The notes beneath the pieces are model-generated. The model worked only from the letters and a program-made list of their open reading frames with translations. It was not told the origin of the DNA and ran no database searches. From an uncultured Parcubacteria group bacterium (lineage in GTDB: Bacteria > Patescibacteriota > Patescibacteriia > UBA9934 > CAMTUG01): DNA of 64,000 nt. Shown piece by piece: positions 40,474 through 51,580 of this stretch. The position numbers were made by a program, and so were the translations under genes. Numbering within the stretch: position 1 is the stretch's first letter; the number at the start of each line of letters is the position of its first letter. Location: assembly GCA_947084965.1 (NCBI GenBank), contig CAMTUG010000004.1:87490-151489 (forward strand), in the 5' to 3' direction.

Positions 40474-41145
40474 ATGGAAAAAGCAGAAGAACCAGATTTT
40501 GACCTTCAGGGGTTGATTGAAACTCCGGGTAGGTTAATCAGCGCCTACCTGAACAACTTCATGGCTGATTTGGGTTGCGCGACGACAGAGGAATTTCATC
40601 AAAAGTTGTCCGATATCACAAACCACCCTTATAGGTACATTTTTCATGACGATACCCTTGCAGATGGCATTAATACTTCAAAAATTTTAGAGTCCATCAG
40701 CATTCTTCGGCTTGAAGCGGTGCGTTCTCCTGAACTCTTCAAAAATATCGCCACGATGCACGGATTGTCACTAAATGATCCCGAACTGCTACGTTCTGAA
40801 ATTGAGGCAATAAAAACGACGCAAACACGGGTTACAAAATACGATTTTCATCTATCAAATAGCGCCATCATACACATTGGCACGGGCAAAAAGCGAGTGT
40901 TGACCGACAAGCAGTACGGGCTACTTGCGTGTCTAAACACGAAAAAACATAAGCCGCGGACATTTTTAAGAAGTCACTCCGGGTATCAGGATGAAGGGCT
41001 GAGAGGGTTTATAAAGGAATTCAACGCTTGGGTGAGAGATGAATGCGGCATCCCTATTCGAGCGATAGAGGGTGATAAAAAAATCGGTGGCTATAAGTTT
41101 GCGACCTGTATTAGGGTGAAGAAAGTCGGTCGGCACGAAACTTAA
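40474..41145 (+). CDS. Hypothetical low-GC protein with possible C-terminal winged helix
   Basis: ATG 40474 within the 40123..41145 frame; VLTDKQYGLLACL ... IGGYKF. Confidence 0.5.
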   Translation: MEKAEEPDFDLQGLIETPGRLISAYLNNFMADLGCATTEEFHQKLSDITNHPYRYIFHDDTLADGINTSKILESISILRLEAVRSPELFKNIATMHGLSLNDPELLRSEIEAIKTTQTRVTKYDFHLSNSAIIHIGTGKKRVLTDKQYGLLACLNTKKHKPRTFLRSHSGYQDEGLRGFIKEFNAWVRDECGIPIRAIEGDKKIGGYKFATCIRVKKVGRHET

Positions 41146-41328
41146 GGGTGCACACGAGTGTGCAGAAAAACGGCTAAATCTAGCCGTTTTTCTTGTTGAT
41201 AACTTTTCCCAGCGCACCATAGGCACACCTCGTGCGGGTGTTGGAGAATGGCCTGTGAAGGCGGCAGTTGACCGCCGTAAAACCAAACAGAAGCGTTGGA
41301 TGCTGACCAACATTTCTGAATCACTTTT

Positions 41329-41691
41329 ATGCCAAATGCCCCGAGTCATGATGTCACTCCGATCGAATCCGATTTTCCATCCGTTCCGAGCGTCCAGTAC
41401 GCGGGTGGGTTCGTCGAATTCGCACTGTGGTACGCGACGCCAAAGGTCGATCGCAAGCATAAAACGCAGAAGGCGTTTGCGGAATCAGTCGGAGTCTGCG
41501 AGGACACTCTCACTGACTGGAAACATAGACCGGAGTTCTGGCCGACAGTGCAACAGTTCATCGCGGAGCGCATGCGTGAACGTATTCCTGACGTGATCAA
41601 CGGACTATTTATCAACGCGTCCCATACGGGTAAGGCCTCTGACGTGGAGTCCTTCCTAAAAATCGCTGGGATCCTAAACCTTAAACGATAA
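41329..41691 (+). CDS. Phage-type HTH protein (phBC6A51/terminase small subunit-like)
   Basis: TQKAFAESVGVCEDTLTDWKHRPEF. Confidence 0.7.
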   Translation: MPNAPSHDVTPIESDFPSVPSVQYAGGFVEFALWYATPKVDRKHKTQKAFAESVGVCEDTLTDWKHRPEFWPTVQQFIAERMRERIPDVINGLFINASHTGKASDVESFLKIAGILNLKR

Positions 41692-41694
41692 CTT

Positions 41695-42957
41695 ATGCCA
41701 CAACTAAACATTCACGAGATGGCGATCGGAGATCTCAAGCCAGCCATTTATAACCCGAGAAAGATTTCTGATAAACAGAAAGAGGAACTCAAGACCAGCA
41801 TTCAGAAGTTCGGCTTCGTGGATCCGATCATCGTAAACGACCACAAGGAGAGGAAAGGCGTGGTCATCGGCGGTCACCAGAGATTATCCGTCGCGAAGGA
41901 ACTCGGATTCAAAAAGGTACCCGTCGTCCTCCTGAACTTGCCGGAAGCCAAGGAGCGCGAGCTGAACCTGCGTCTGAACAAAAACGTCGGGGAGTGGGAC
42001 ATCGATCTATTGCGCAACTTCGACATCGGGGATCTTCTGCGGGTCGGATTCGACGATCAGGATCTGCAAGACATATGGGCGGACACACTGTCCGTGACGG
42101 ACGACGAGTTTGACGTGGAAGAAGCCGTGCGAGCGATCGCTAAACCAAAAGCCAAGCTGGGAGATATCTATCAACTTGGGAGCCACCGAATCTCGTGCAA
42201 CGATGCCACCGACTTGGCGGCGGTACAAAAGCTCGTTGGCAACGAGCGGATGGATATGGTGACTCTGGATCCGATATACGGGATCGGCCTGTCGTACGAC
42301 AGGGGCGTGTCGACCAAGGGAAAGTACGCGGGTTCCGAAAAGGATCAGATGAAGGGAGATGAGTACCGCACGTTTTTAAAAACGGTGTTTGAAAATTCGC
42401 TGGCCGTTTCAAAGGAAGATCTGCATTTCTACTGCTGGAACGATCAACGGCACATCGGTCTCGTCCAGTCGCTCGTGGAGGAAACGAAACTTTCGAACAA
42501 GAGCGTCTGCCTGTGGGTGAAGAATAACTTCACGCCGGTTCCCGGGATCGCGTGGAACAAGAGCTACGAGGCGTGCGTGTACGCGACGCGCGGCAGGCCG
42601 TACTTGAATCCCGACGTTCAAAACCTGACGGAGATCATGAACAAGGAAGTCGATTCCGGCAACCGTCAGATCGACGACATCGTAGACCTGTTCGACCTCT
42701 GGCTCGTGAAGCGGCTCCCTGCCCAGGAGTACCAGCATGCGACCCAAAAGCCGCTTCCACTATACGAGAAGCCGTTGCGCCGATGCACCAAGGTCGGGGC
42801 GAACGTGTTGGATGTATTTTCCGGAAGCGGCACCACGCTTCTCGCGTGCGAGCAGATGAAGCGGACGGCCTTCGTCATGGAAAAGGATCCCGTCTTCGTG
42901 GACGTCTGCATTCAGCGTTTCGAGGAAACCACGGGCATCAAAGCTAAAAAACTCTAA
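41695..42957 (+). CDS. ParB-N domain plus N4/N6 DNA methyltransferase
   Basis: YNPRKI; GFVDPIIV; IGGHQR; DPIY (variant of DPPY); HATQKP; LDVFSGSGTT. Confidence 0.88.
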   Translation: MPQLNIHEMAIGDLKPAIYNPRKISDKQKEELKTSIQKFGFVDPIIVNDHKERKGVVIGGHQRLSVAKELGFKKVPVVLLNLPEAKERELNLRLNKNVGEWDIDLLRNFDIGDLLRVGFDDQDLQDIWADTLSVTDDEFDVEEAVRAIAKPKAKLGDIYQLGSHRISCNDATDLAAVQKLVGNERMDMVTLDPIYGIGLSYDRGVSTKGKYAGSEKDQMKGDEYRTFLKTVFENSLAVSKEDLHFYCWNDQRHIGLVQSLVEETKLSNKSVCLWVKNNFTPVPGIAWNKSYEACVYATRGRPYLNPDVQNLTEIMNKEVDSGNRQIDDIVDLFDLWLVKRLPAQEYQHATQKPLPLYEKPLRRCTKVGANVLDVFSGSGTTLLACEQMKRTAFVMEKDPVFVDVCIQRFEETTGIKAKKL

Positions 42958-42964
42958 CCACCAT

Positions 42965-43711
42965 ATGAAGATAAAAAACGGAGACCTCGTTCAATTAGGC
43001 GATCACTTTTTAATCTGCGGCGACTCGATGAATGAGAAAACGGTCGGTCGGCTGCTCGCGGGACGCGAGATCCAGCTCGTCCTCACCGACCCGCCCTACG
43101 GGGTGAGCTACGTGGAGAGCAAGATGGGATTCACGCAGTCGCTCGCGAAGCCGAAGGTGATCCAGAATGATCAGATCGAAAGCGAGGAGGAGTACGCCTC
43201 GTTCACGCGGGCATGGCTCGGTGCCTGTACACCGTTCATGGCCAAGAAAAACTCCATGTACATCTTCAACTCCGACCGGATGCTGTTTGCCCTCCGGTCT
43301 GGGATGGAAGCCGCTGGTTTCAAGTTCGCACAACTTCTCATCTGGGCGAAGACGCACGCCGTCGTAGGCCGCATGGACTACCTGCCGTCGCACGAGCTGA
43401 TCGCCTACGGGTGGCATGGGACGCACGCGTTCCGCAAGTCGAAGGATAAGAGCGTCATCATCTGCCCGAAGCCAAGCAAGAGCAAGTGGCACCCAACGTC
43501 CAAGCCCCGGCAACTCCTGCGTCGATTGATTCTTAACAGCTCAAAGGTCGGCGACACGGTTTATGAGCCCTTTGCCGGCGGAGGGTCATGCCTTCTCTCA
43601 TGCGAAGAAACGAGGCGCAAATGCCTGGCGGTTGAGCTGGATACGGAATACTGCGAAACCATCGTCATGCTCTGGGAACGCATGACGGGAAAGGAGGCTA
43701 TTAAGAAATAA
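42965..43711 (+). CDS. N4/N6 DNA methyltransferase
   Basis: TDPPYG; HPTSKP; YEPFAGGGS. Confidence 0.9.
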   Translation: MKIKNGDLVQLGDHFLICGDSMNEKTVGRLLAGREIQLVLTDPPYGVSYVESKMGFTQSLAKPKVIQNDQIESEEEYASFTRAWLGACTPFMAKKNSMYIFNSDRMLFALRSGMEAAGFKFAQLLIWAKTHAVVGRMDYLPSHELIAYGWHGTHAFRKSKDKSVIICPKPSKSKWHPTSKPRQLLRRLILNSSKVGDTVYEPFAGGGSCLLSCEETRRKCLAVELDTEYCETIVMLWERMTGKEAIKK

Positions 43712-43715
43712 TCGT

Positions 43716-44228
43716 ATGCCGAAGAAAACAGAAGCGTATCCCGCGAACACCAAGCGGATCGACGCGCAGAAGAAGCTCCTGCTCCAGCACATCGAGAAGA
43801 CGCCGATCGTCGAGGTCGTGTGCCAGAAGGTCGGCATCGGACGCACGACCCTCTATCGCTGGCTACACGAGGACGAATCGTTCGCTAAGGAATATGGCGA
43901 GGCCTTCGGCACCGGGGTCGATCTCATCAGCGACCTCGCGGAGTCGAAGCTCATCGGGAAAATCCAGGAGGGCGACATGACAGCCGTGAAGCTCTGGCTC
44001 GGCACACACCGCAAGGACTTCGTGAACAAGCTTGAAGTGAGCGCGACCAGGCAGGAAGAGATGACCGAGGAAGAAAAGAAGTTGATCGAGGCGGCGCACG
44101 CCCGGCTCGGCCTGATTGCACCACCGACAATTATTAACCCGCAACCATATGTCCAACCAATTCCTAGACCAGAAAACGATGAACTTAATTCTAAGCAACA
44201 AGGCGGCGAGGCTCATGCTCGTGAATAA
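43716..44228 (+). CDS. Terminase small subunit-like HTH protein
   Basis: CQKVGIGRTTLYRWL; DLAESKL; directly precedes terL. Confidence 0.7.
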   Translation: MPKKTEAYPANTKRIDAQKKLLLQHIEKTPIVEVVCQKVGIGRTTLYRWLHEDESFAKEYGEAFGTGVDLISDLAESKLIGKIQEGDMTAVKLWLGTHRKDFVNKLEVSATRQEEMTEEEKKLIEAAHARLGLIAPPTIINPQPYVQPIPRPENDELNSKQQGGEAHARE

Positions 44229-45924
44229 GTCCCATCGCAACTTCTTCGCCACGTATTTTCCCCATTACCTGACGTACCCGTGCGCGGACATCCACCAGCG
44301 ACTCTTTGACCTCACCGAAGACGCGAACAACAAGTTCGCCGTAGGCCAGACGTTCCGAGGTAGCGGAAAGTCGACGATTGTCTCGCTGTCATACGCGCTC
44401 TGGGCGATTCTCGGGTGCCAGCAAAAGCACCTCGTCGTGCTCGTCGCGAAGACTCAAGAACAGGCGAAGAGATTACTCGACGCCATCAAGCGCGAGCTTG
44501 AGACGAATAAGCTTCTGCAAGTCGACTTCGGGAAAATCCACGAAGAGAGTACCCCGTGGAACTCGACAGCACTGACGTTCAATGACCAGAACGCACAGAT
44601 CACCGCCATTTCCATCGACCAGGCCATGCGCGGCATGCGCTTCCAGAACTACCGCCCCGACCTCATCATCCTTGACGACATCGAGGACTCCGCCTCCGTC
44701 CGTACTCTCGAGTCTCGCGACCGCCTGCAGGAGTGGTTCGACAAAGACCTGCTCCCGGCAGGCGACACGAATACGCGGGTTATTCTTCTGGGTAACAATC
44801 TACATCCGGACTCCCTGCCGAACCGCATCATCGACCGCGTGCAAAACAGACAGTTCGACGCGAAGGTTATAAGGTGCCCGCTCGTTGACGAGAACGGCAT
44901 CTGCGCTTGGCCAGGAAAGTTCCCGACGAAGGAGTCGTTGGAAGCGCTTCGCAAGCTGTATTCATCCGAGCGTACATGGCGACAGGAATTCTTGTTACAA
45001 CCCGTCCTTTCGGAAGAAACGATCGTGAACGAACGGCAGATCAACTATTACGACGAGTTTCCCGAGGACGAGGACTGTGGTGTCTACGCGGCAATCGGCA
45101 TCGATCTTGCCTGTAGCACGTCGTCGCGGGCGGACAAGACCGCGATGGTCTGCGCGAGGGTCTATGGCAAGGGCGACGAGATGCGCGTCTACCTATTGCC
45201 AAACCTGGTCAACGACCGGCTGGAAATCCACGGATCGCTTGCGGAATGTGTCAATCTCGCCGGCCGCATCAGTCTCGACGGCGGCACCGGCCGGTCGTCG
45301 GTTCGGATATTCGTCGAATCCGTCGGGTTTCAAAAGACGTTCGCGCAGCAGCTTACCTCCCGTGGCATGAAGCGGGTGGAGGAATTCCAGCCAGGAAAGA
45401 TTGGGGACAAGCGCGACCGCCTCTACATGGCAGCCGACCTCATCAAGAGCGGACAGGTTCTCTTCCCTCGGCACGGGCTGGAGGAACTCACCGGGCAGAT
45501 TATAGCCTTCGGCGTCGAGCGGCACGACGATCTTGTCGACGCGTTCACGACACTCGTACTTAAGGTGATTGAAAATAACCCGAGGAACTCCAGCGTCGGC
45601 GTCGCTGTCGGCAACCTCAATAAGATTTATACGCCCGAAGAACTTGCAATTGAGAGGGAAAATCAGCGTCGTGATTACCGTGCGATGATGGACGGGTACG
45701 ACTATCGGGTTATGCTGGCAGAGCTGCACGCCAAGGGACAGTGCCCTAATCTCCGCATTGGTAATCCGTACGTCGCAAAACGGAAAAAGGTTTCTAATCC
45801 TGAGAAGCTACCAACGAAAGCTTCTGAAAAATTGAAACCATCGCATACGTGTCCAAACCACAATAATCCAACATATTCTTCCGTAACTGAGACTTCTGTT
45901 CAGAAGGAAGGTCAGGATTCGTGA
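44149..45924 (+). CDS. Phage terminase large subunit-like protein
   Basis: FRGSGKST (Walker A); RPDLIILDDIE (Walker B); IGIDLA and HDDLVDA (nuclease). Confidence 0.88.
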   Translation: MSNQFLDQKTMNLILSNKAARLMLVNKSHRNFFATYFPHYLTYPCADIHQRLFDLTEDANNKFAVGQTFRGSGKSTIVSLSYALWAILGCQQKHLVVLVAKTQEQAKRLLDAIKRELETNKLLQVDFGKIHEESTPWNSTALTFNDQNAQITAISIDQAMRGMRFQNYRPDLIILDDIEDSASVRTLESRDRLQEWFDKDLLPAGDTNTRVILLGNNLHPDSLPNRIIDRVQNRQFDAKVIRCPLVDENGICAWPGKFPTKESLEALRKLYSSERTWRQEFLLQPVLSEETIVNERQINYYDEFPEDEDCGVYAAIGIDLACSTSSRADKTAMVCARVYGKGDEMRVYLLPNLVNDRLEIHGSLAECVNLAGRISLDGGTGRSSVRIFVESVGFQKTFAQQLTSRGMKRVEEFQPGKIGDKRDRLYMAADLIKSGQVLFPRHGLEELTGQIIAFGVERHDDLVDAFTTLVLKVIENNPRNSSVGVAVGNLNKIYTPEELAIERENQRRDYRAMMDGYDYRVMLAELHAKGQCPNLRIGNPYVAKRKKVSNPEKLPTKASEKLKPSHTCPNHNNPTYSSVTETSVQKEGQDS

Positions 45925-47266
45925 GCGTCGCCCAGCTCGCGGATGCCGTGCCGCCTTCGTGTATGGCGAGATTGTTGTAAGAAAGCTCGGGACACATGAC
46001 AGGAAGAACCTTCTTGATCGACGCGCTGCCGCCGAAGCGGGAGTCGACGTAATAGCCCTTCTTCACGATCATCATCAGATCGTAGATGCGATCGTTCACG
46101 CTCGCCATGAAGTCAGCGAACTCGGGCAGGTGCTCTCCAATCTCCGCGTTGCGCGATGCCTCGAACCGCGCGTTCCAAACGATCACGCTTCCGACGTCAC
46201 CGATATGTTTCTTGAGGGACTCCGCGACCATCGGCGCGGGGTCTTTCATTTCATCGGCGAGGAATTCGTAGTGCTCAGGATCAGCTTCCGGCTCGCGCAT
46301 GACGTGGACGGAATATTGGAACACGGCGTGCTGGTACGGTCGGTAGTCGTCGAAGAGCGGCACTGCCGGGAAATACGTTTCATAGTCCAAAAAGTAGAGC
46401 GGGTACTGCAAACTATCGAAGTCAGACTTGATCGCATCCTTATCAATCGAAAGAGTCGGCGTGGCCTTCGTGCCCGGCAGTTTGATATCTCCAAGTTCGG
46501 CCATGACGTCGGCCGGAACTTGGTCGGGCTTGATAAACCCGCGTTCCAAAAAGGCGACAAGCTTCTCTTTCGGAAGCGATGCGGCTATGGAATACTTGTC
46601 GTCGCCGTTCAGCTCGGAAAAATAACAGGCAAGGAACTCGCACTCCGCTGGGTCGTTGCAGGACATGACGTGCATGAGGCGCGGCACCTTGTCCCAGTCG
46701 AGGACTGCGAGGGCGCGTGGGATTTCTTTCTTCGCCATCGGCATGACGTTTTCGACCTCGTGCGTTATGTCTACCTTGGTAAACAATTGTCCCGGATCAA
46801 TCTCGCCGTTACGGACGTACTGATTGTTGACGTGGACAAGAAACGTACGGGAGACGCGGATGCCAGCCTCCTCAAGGCAGATGCGTTGGAAAGCGACGTC
46901 TGTGATGTGCTCCTCTTTTACGTCAGTGGAACTCTTCACTTCGTAGATATCCCACGAGCCGTCGGCATTCTTCGTAAGGATGTCGCAACGGCAAGAAAGC
47001 TTAGCCGTCATGAACGTCGGCTGAAGCAAAATGGTCGCGCCGCTCGCGATTGCCTTCTTGGTGTTCTCAGCGGCCGGCTTGCCAAACCCATCAACGTTCA
47101 CGCCGCTTGGAAAGAGCTTTTGCGCCCACGCGTCGATTACGTTTCCCTCATCGAAGATGCGTTGGAGCGCAGGATCAGTGGGTGGAACCAAATCCGGCCG
47201 TTGCTTCACGAGCCACAGCTCGCACGAGCATCGGAGAAATTGCATGAAGTTGGATTTGGAGAGCAT
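45794..47266 (-). CDS. DUF2779 protein (N-terminal PD-(D/E)xK nuclease, C-terminal RNase H-like domain)
   Basis: LSKSNF; CDIL..IYEVKSST; YPLYFLDYET; SIKKVLP; LDYCGLDT. Confidence 0.85.
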   Translation of the reverse strand: MLSKSNFMQFLRCSCELWLVKQRPDLVPPTDPALQRIFDEGNVIDAWAQKLFPSGVNVDGFGKPAAENTKKAIASGATILLQPTFMTAKLSCRCDILTKNADGSWDIYEVKSSTDVKEEHITDVAFQRICLEEAGIRVSRTFLVHVNNQYVRNGEIDPGQLFTKVDITHEVENVMPMAKKEIPRALAVLDWDKVPRLMHVMSCNDPAECEFLACYFSELNGDDKYSIAASLPKEKLVAFLERGFIKPDQVPADVMAELGDIKLPGTKATPTLSIDKDAIKSDFDSLQYPLYFLDYETYFPAVPLFDDYRPYQHAVFQYSVHVMREPEADPEHYEFLADEMKDPAPMVAESLKKHIGDVGSVIVWNARFEASRNAEIGEHLPEFADFMASVNDRIYDLMMIVKKGYYVDSRFGGSASIKKVLPVMCPELSYNNLAIHEGGTASASWATLTNPDLPSEQKSQLRKNMLDYCGLDTYAMVSIFQKLSLVASQD

Positions 47267-47275
47267 AGTCGGATG

Positions 47276-49438
47276 TTAAAGCTTGGTGAGCGCGTCACGC
47301 ACGAGGTCGCGATACTCGTCGCGGATGCGATAGTTATCCTTCCGCGCACCCGGGCGGTCGTGCTCGAGGTCGTAAATCAGGATGGCGCGGAGGTGGGCGT
47401 TGTTCGGGTTCGTCACGAACTGCGAGATGTTGCTGAGATATCGGCCGGACTGCCCGACATCCTTGCCGATGCCATTCACGTACAGGCTATCGCGAAGCTC
47501 CTCCTGGGTAAAGCCGCGATTGTCCGAAAGCAGGGTTTTCAGGAAGACGATAAGGCGCGGCGTGAGGTCGCTCACGCGCTCAAGCGTCTCCTCGAGCCTG
47601 TAACGGATGTCGTCGGTCGTGAGGACGTCGACCGGCATCTCCTCGCGCGTATCGCTTTCGTCCTTGGCGTACGAGGCATCGATGTCCTCGGCGGTAAGGT
47701 GCCAGGCTTCGACAAGTGAAGAGATTATTACCTCGGTGCGTTCTTGAATAACGGTTGGAGTCCATGAATCGTAATCCACGACCTCCTGCGTCATGCGGAA
47801 GGCGGAGAGGCCGTCCCTGTTCGTCTCGCCGCGATAGATCTTCACCTTCTCGGCGAACGGCTTGTTGGAGGCGGATTGGTTCTTCGACTTCCGGCTCTCG
47901 TCCATGCTTCCGGCGAGGAGCGTGAGGTTGCCGAGCGTATTCACGAGCGAGTCGTGTTCGTCCTCGGTGAAGTTTGCCGACCAAGACGGGTCGGTCATCG
48001 TCTGCGGCAGGATGTGCTCGAGCTGGACATTCTTCGTGAACGGGATCTCGCGGATCACCGAGTCGTCGAGGAGCGAGTACTCGTACTTGGCGAGCGCGTA
48101 CTTGCCGCAGCTCGCATGGTAGACGTCGCCGCGCAGGTTCTCCGTCGCGTCGCGCACGACGCGGTTCTTGCGCAGGAACGTCTCGAGCCGCGCGAGGATG
48201 GCGTCGACGGGCTGGTTCGCGTTCGCGTCGCGCACGGACGCGAGAAGCGGGGCAAGCACCCCGCGCGAGGTGTGTCCGGCGACGAGCGACAGTCCGCAGA
48301 ATCGCTCGATTCCCTCGATCAGCGTTCCGGCATTCTGTTTGGACAGTCCGTTTCTCCACGCGGCGATGATGGGCGGAAGCCAGTATCCGTGGCCGACGTT
48401 CCATAAAAGAAGCAAGGCCTTCTTGGCGGAACCGTTAAGGGGCTCGCCATGCCACGCGCCAGCCTTCAGTTCGACATACGCATCGACGGACTTCTTCCAG
48501 TCGTCCATGAACGTTCCCGTCGACAGACCAGCGTCCTTGATGTCCTCGGAGATCTCGCGGAACAAGTCCTTGCGCGAGCGGTCGCCGACGACGGCGATGC
48601 GGTGGAACCGCAGGAGGTCGTCCATTGGCACGCCGACCCGCTCGATCTCGCGCCATGTGTCTAGGAATGGTCGCTTCTCGTCGTCGAAGGACTTCCGCGC
48701 CGTCGGATGCTCGGCGTTATGGCGCGTGGTTTCTTCCTCAAGGCGTCGGATGAGCAGGTTCTTGAGCAGGTCCTTCGTGTCCAAGTCCTTGCCGCGCGTG
48801 TTGATCGCCTCGAAGATGGTGTACGCCGACGAAAACGAGTCGCTCGTCATCACGACAAGCATCACCTCGTCGAGCAGGAAGTGGTAGAAATCGTCGAGAT
48901 ACGTCATGATGTCCACTTCCGCATTCTTTGACTTCAGCTCCTCGCTCTTCTCGTCGATGAATTGTTTGAGAAGCCGGATCGCCATCTTGTACGTCTCGGG
49001 GAGGGCGGATCTTTCGTAGCCGGAAAGAACGCCGACGGACTTCAGAATATTTGCCTCGAACGCCGCGCGCTCCTCGGGCTTCACGCTCAGGCGGCACTTC
49101 CCGCGAATGATGCAGCTCTCCTGAATCTCGTTCGCGCGGTCGGGAAGATCTCCCTCAAAGAAAAAATCACGGAGCACGGCGAGGAGAATCATGGTCGTCG
49201 TCAGGCGCTGTCGCCCGTCGACCACCTCGAAGTCCTTACTGTCCCCGCGATTGACCAGAATCAGTTTGTCCAAAAAGTATCCGTCCTCCTTGCGCTCGTA
49301 GGCTTTGGTGAGATCCATCCAGAAGTCCTCCACGTTCTCCATCGTCCACTCGTAAGGGCGTTGGTAGTCGGGAATATTGTAGTAATTGCCGCCGGCGACG
49401 ACTTCGCGCATCCGACAGGGCTTGGCAGTGATGTTCAT
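47276..49438 (-). CDS. GmrSD-like type IV restriction protein (DUF262 + DUF1524/HNH)
   Basis: IPDYQRPYEW; VVDGRQRLTT; FEAINTRGKDL; LEHILPQ; LGNLTLL. Confidence 0.88.
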   Translation of the reverse strand: MNITAKPCRMREVVAGGNYYNIPDYQRPYEWTMENVEDFWMDLTKAYERKEDGYFLDKLILVNRGDSKDFEVVDGRQRLTTTMILLAVLRDFFFEGDLPDRANEIQESCIIRGKCRLSVKPEERAAFEANILKSVGVLSGYERSALPETYKMAIRLLKQFIDEKSEELKSKNAEVDIMTYLDDFYHFLLDEVMLVVMTSDSFSSAYTIFEAINTRGKDLDTKDLLKNLLIRRLEEETTRHNAEHPTARKSFDDEKRPFLDTWREIERVGVPMDDLLRFHRIAVVGDRSRKDLFREISEDIKDAGLSTGTFMDDWKKSVDAYVELKAGAWHGEPLNGSAKKALLLLWNVGHGYWLPPIIAAWRNGLSKQNAGTLIEGIERFCGLSLVAGHTSRGVLAPLLASVRDANANQPVDAILARLETFLRKNRVVRDATENLRGDVYHASCGKYALAKYEYSLLDDSVIREIPFTKNVQLEHILPQTMTDPSWSANFTEDEHDSLVNTLGNLTLLAGSMDESRKSKNQSASNKPFAEKVKIYRGETNRDGLSAFRMTQEVVDYDSWTPTVIQERTEVIISSLVEAWHLTAEDIDASYAKDESDTREEMPVDVLTTDDIRYRLEETLERVSDLTPRLIVFLKTLLSDNRGFTQEELRDSLYVNGIGKDVGQSGRYLSNISQFVTNPNNAHLRAILIYDLEHDRPGARKDNYRIRDEYRDLVRDALTKL

Positions 49439-49672
49439 AGCGAGGGTTAGGTTTCAACCCACGGGCCGCCATGAATACAAAGCGACACCCGGTGGTGACG
49501 AAACCCAACCCCCGTACGGATCGTACGAGTGTTGTTTTAACCGGATGCCGCTCAATGCGTGCGATCCGGATAGGGAAAAATCCCCTGGTAAGGAGGTTGG
49601 GTTTCGTCAGGGCTAGAATAGCTTACAAACACCCATAAGTAAAGTCCTTTTTATGGAGTTTTGAGCCCTTCC

Positions 49673-51130
<1,458 letters not shown>

Positions 51131-51149
51131 GCGCGGAATCAAGCACTTT

Positions 51150-51277
51150 CGAAGACGGAAGACGAACTGATTGTTCGCATTCCACTTGTTCGTCGGCTTC
51201 GCCCAATTGTTGTTGAGCCACGACCCGTCGTCATTGCGTTCCACGTTGAAGACGTTCGGGTTGCCGTCCGAGTCGGA
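51150..51277 (-). ncRNA. DGR template repeat (TR)
   Basis: 128-nt ungapped match to 51603-51730; rich in AAC/AAT codons; 19 of 21 mismatches fall at TR adenines (manual count). Confidence 0.95.
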
Positions 51278-51525
51278 TTGCATGGCGTGCCACCATTGCC
51301 ACTGCCCGCCTATCTCAAAAGAGGTCGGGCTGTATTTTATGCGTGATCGAAAATCACCAAGCACACCATACCAAGTACTTCATTTTTGTTTGGACACAAT
51401 GCGCATCCTCCGAAGGGAACCGTAGCCACCCTCGTTCTCAACACGCATGTACCGAAAAGGCCTTTGGACAGCCGTAACCGCCCATATGAACCAGTCTAGA
51501 CGCCAGAATAACAAAAATTTTCCGA

Positions 51526-51540
51526 TCCGCCTACGGCGGA
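51526..51540 (-). promoter_or_regulatory. Hairpin downstream of the VR, candidate DGR homing cruciform
   Basis: tccgcc-GTA-ggcgga on the minus strand, ~40 nt after the target stop codon. Confidence 0.65.
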
Positions 51541-51580
51541 AAGTATCAAAGGGTCAAAGGAACAAAGTTTCAAGAAGAAG

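Noticed and set aside
49595-49612. Hammerhead ribozyme core (CTGACGA-AAC, minus strand)
   Set aside because: No stem II between CUGANGA and GAAA.
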